The position numbers and the translations under genes are program-made. Under the pieces are notes generated by a model, which saw nothing but the letters and a program-made list of their open reading frames with translations, was not told the origin of the DNA and did no database searches. Positions 62,419-64,000 of a DNA stretch of 64,000 nt are shown here, piece by piece. Source of the stretch: Macrostomum lignano. Taxonomy: Eukaryota. The stretch is from positions 222,036 to 286,035 of the forward strand of contig NIVC01001462.1 of assembly GCA_002269645.1 (NCBI GenBank). Direction: 5' to 3'. The stretch's first letter is position 1; every line of letters begins with the position of its first letter.

Positions 62419-64000
62419 TCACACAAACTTGGCCAGGCACTGGCGAATGCCCTCCTCAAAGCTTCGCCGTTGAACAGCCTCGGGTCCCAGCGTGGCCTCC
62501 AGTCGCTGGCAGCTCAACCTGGCATCAACTGGGCGCAGCGTGGCGCTCGAGTCCGGCTCCACTGCGGAGCCACGTGGTCAGTGCTCAGCCCAAACACACG
62601 GCCCATGGCCAGACACATCTCGTACTTGGTCAAGCACTCGTTGCCAGAGAAATGATAAACTCCGCCGTCGATGCGACCGGCCCTGAGCGACAGGTGGCGA
62701 ACTACGTTGGCCACATCGGCGCAATGGGTCGGATAGCGCTTGGCGATGTGGTCGATGGTGCATGGCACACCGGCCTTCACCAGGGCGAACAGGCACGTGA
62801 CAGCAGATTCGTTCACATCGGCGGTATCCCCGTACAGCACTGGCACCCGCAGCACCAGATTCCGGCGCCGGCGGAGCACCTCCTGTTCGCATCTGATTGA
62901 TTTTCAAAGCAATGCATTGGATGATATTGGAGCCGATAAGTATCGAAATCTTTATAACTAGTGGATGGGGTAGCTAAATATGTTTTCAAACTCGCGCCAA
63001 AATGTAAAACATTCTAAACTGCATTGCAAGAGTTCGAAAGGTATTTTGAAAAAATTTGGCTTAAGAATGTTTGAATGCATTTTTATGGTGCTGAAAGGCC
63101 GTTAAACGCTTTTGTTGAAAAATTGGAATAAACAATTTTTTTATTTTTGTGGGTTTGCTTTGGGACGTGACGGACTGGATCTTATGCGATTTAAGCTTAC
63201 GAAGGTCAATCCCACAAGGCGAAGGGTGAGCAGTGGCAGAATGGGTTGTTTGTGTGATTTCGACTAGAAAAATTAAGGGATTAAATTTTTTAAAATCTAG
63301 TCTAAATTTTCAAAATAGGTTTGGGAATGAGACGGAGGGGAAATGGAAAGCAAAAAACGATTAGCGATGGGTTGACACAAAAGAAAATAGTGGATTAAGA
63401 GAACGAGAACACCTGTCAATCAAGCTATCAACTGATATATCAATTCATCAGTGCATCTATCAAGTTATCAATACATCTATCAACCTATCAACACATCTAT
63501 CAACCTATCAATACATCTATCAACCAATCAATACATCTATCAACCTATCAATACATCTATCAACCCTATCAATACATCTATCAAGCTATCAATACATCTA
63601 TCAACCCTATCAATACATCTATCAACCCTATCAATAAATCTATCAAGCTATCAATAAATCTATCAACCTTATCAATACACCTATCAATCTATAACCAGCC
63701 AGAAGTTACCTGACTTTACTTTCGCCGTAGGCATTGAGAGGCGACGGCTTGCTTTTCTCGTCGTACGGCGGGTTCTTGCCGTCGAAGACATAATCGGTGC
63801 TGATGAACAGCATGGTAGCCCCGCATTCCTCAGCCAGCTGGCACAGCCTCTCTGTAGCTCCATCATTGAGCTGCTTAGCCCTATCCGGCTGTTTCTCAAC
63901 AATATCCGGGCGCCGCTCGGCTGCACAAGAACAACCAGATGCGCTTGCTCTGCGTGACAATGCGCAGAGTGTCCTCAATTGAGGTCAGATCGCACTGGGT
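62419..64000 (-). CDS. mat2b: Methionine adenosyltransferase 2 beta subunit (RmlD-like SDR), 5'-partial, with three 1-nt deletions
   Basis: Exons >64000-63710 and 62892-62419. Motifs CAAERRPD, ISTDYVFDG, P.PLNAYGESK, LRVPVLYG, RYPTH, YHFSG.E..TKYEM. Indels at ~63942, ~63928 and ~62560. Confidence 0.85.
63410..63695. repeat. 20-21-bp intronic minisatellite (MAT2B)
   Basis: Unit CTATCAATACATCTATCAAC. Confidence 0.9.

Overview
Eukaryotic (animal) genomic DNA with GC-rich exons, short AT-rich introns and long introns filled with private minisatellites. A near-perfect copy of what I recall as the Macrostomum lignano spliced-leader (SL) exon lies at 17541-17582, so the source is most likely a Macrostomum flatworm (inference). 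Genes, left to right: a tail-to-tail pair of non-canonical PARPs with spectrin-like repeats (the minus-strand one also has N-terminal zinc ribbons and a coding minisatellite), a small orphan ORF, NEK1, SSUH2, UFSP1, SAE1, PSTK, tRNA-Glu(CTC), a zeta-crystallin/quinone oxidoreductase, two C-type-lectin/PAN paralogs plus broken copies, a class IV sirtuin and MAT2B. The last two carry frameshifts, which may be assembly errors. Mobile DNA includes hAT, MULE and mariner MITEs, tRNA-SINEs, a decayed RTE LINE and a solo LTR. Main leads: (1) the solo LTR appears to start its transcript with a hard-coded spliced leader; (2) the spectrin/zinc-ribbon PARP architecture; (3) UFSP1 has no genomic AUG and may take it from the SL; (4) an 8-copy CGATA-palindrome motif beside exons of housekeeping genes. 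Exon models were derived by hand from GT/AG sites and reading-frame continuity; family calls rest on recalled motifs, not database searches.
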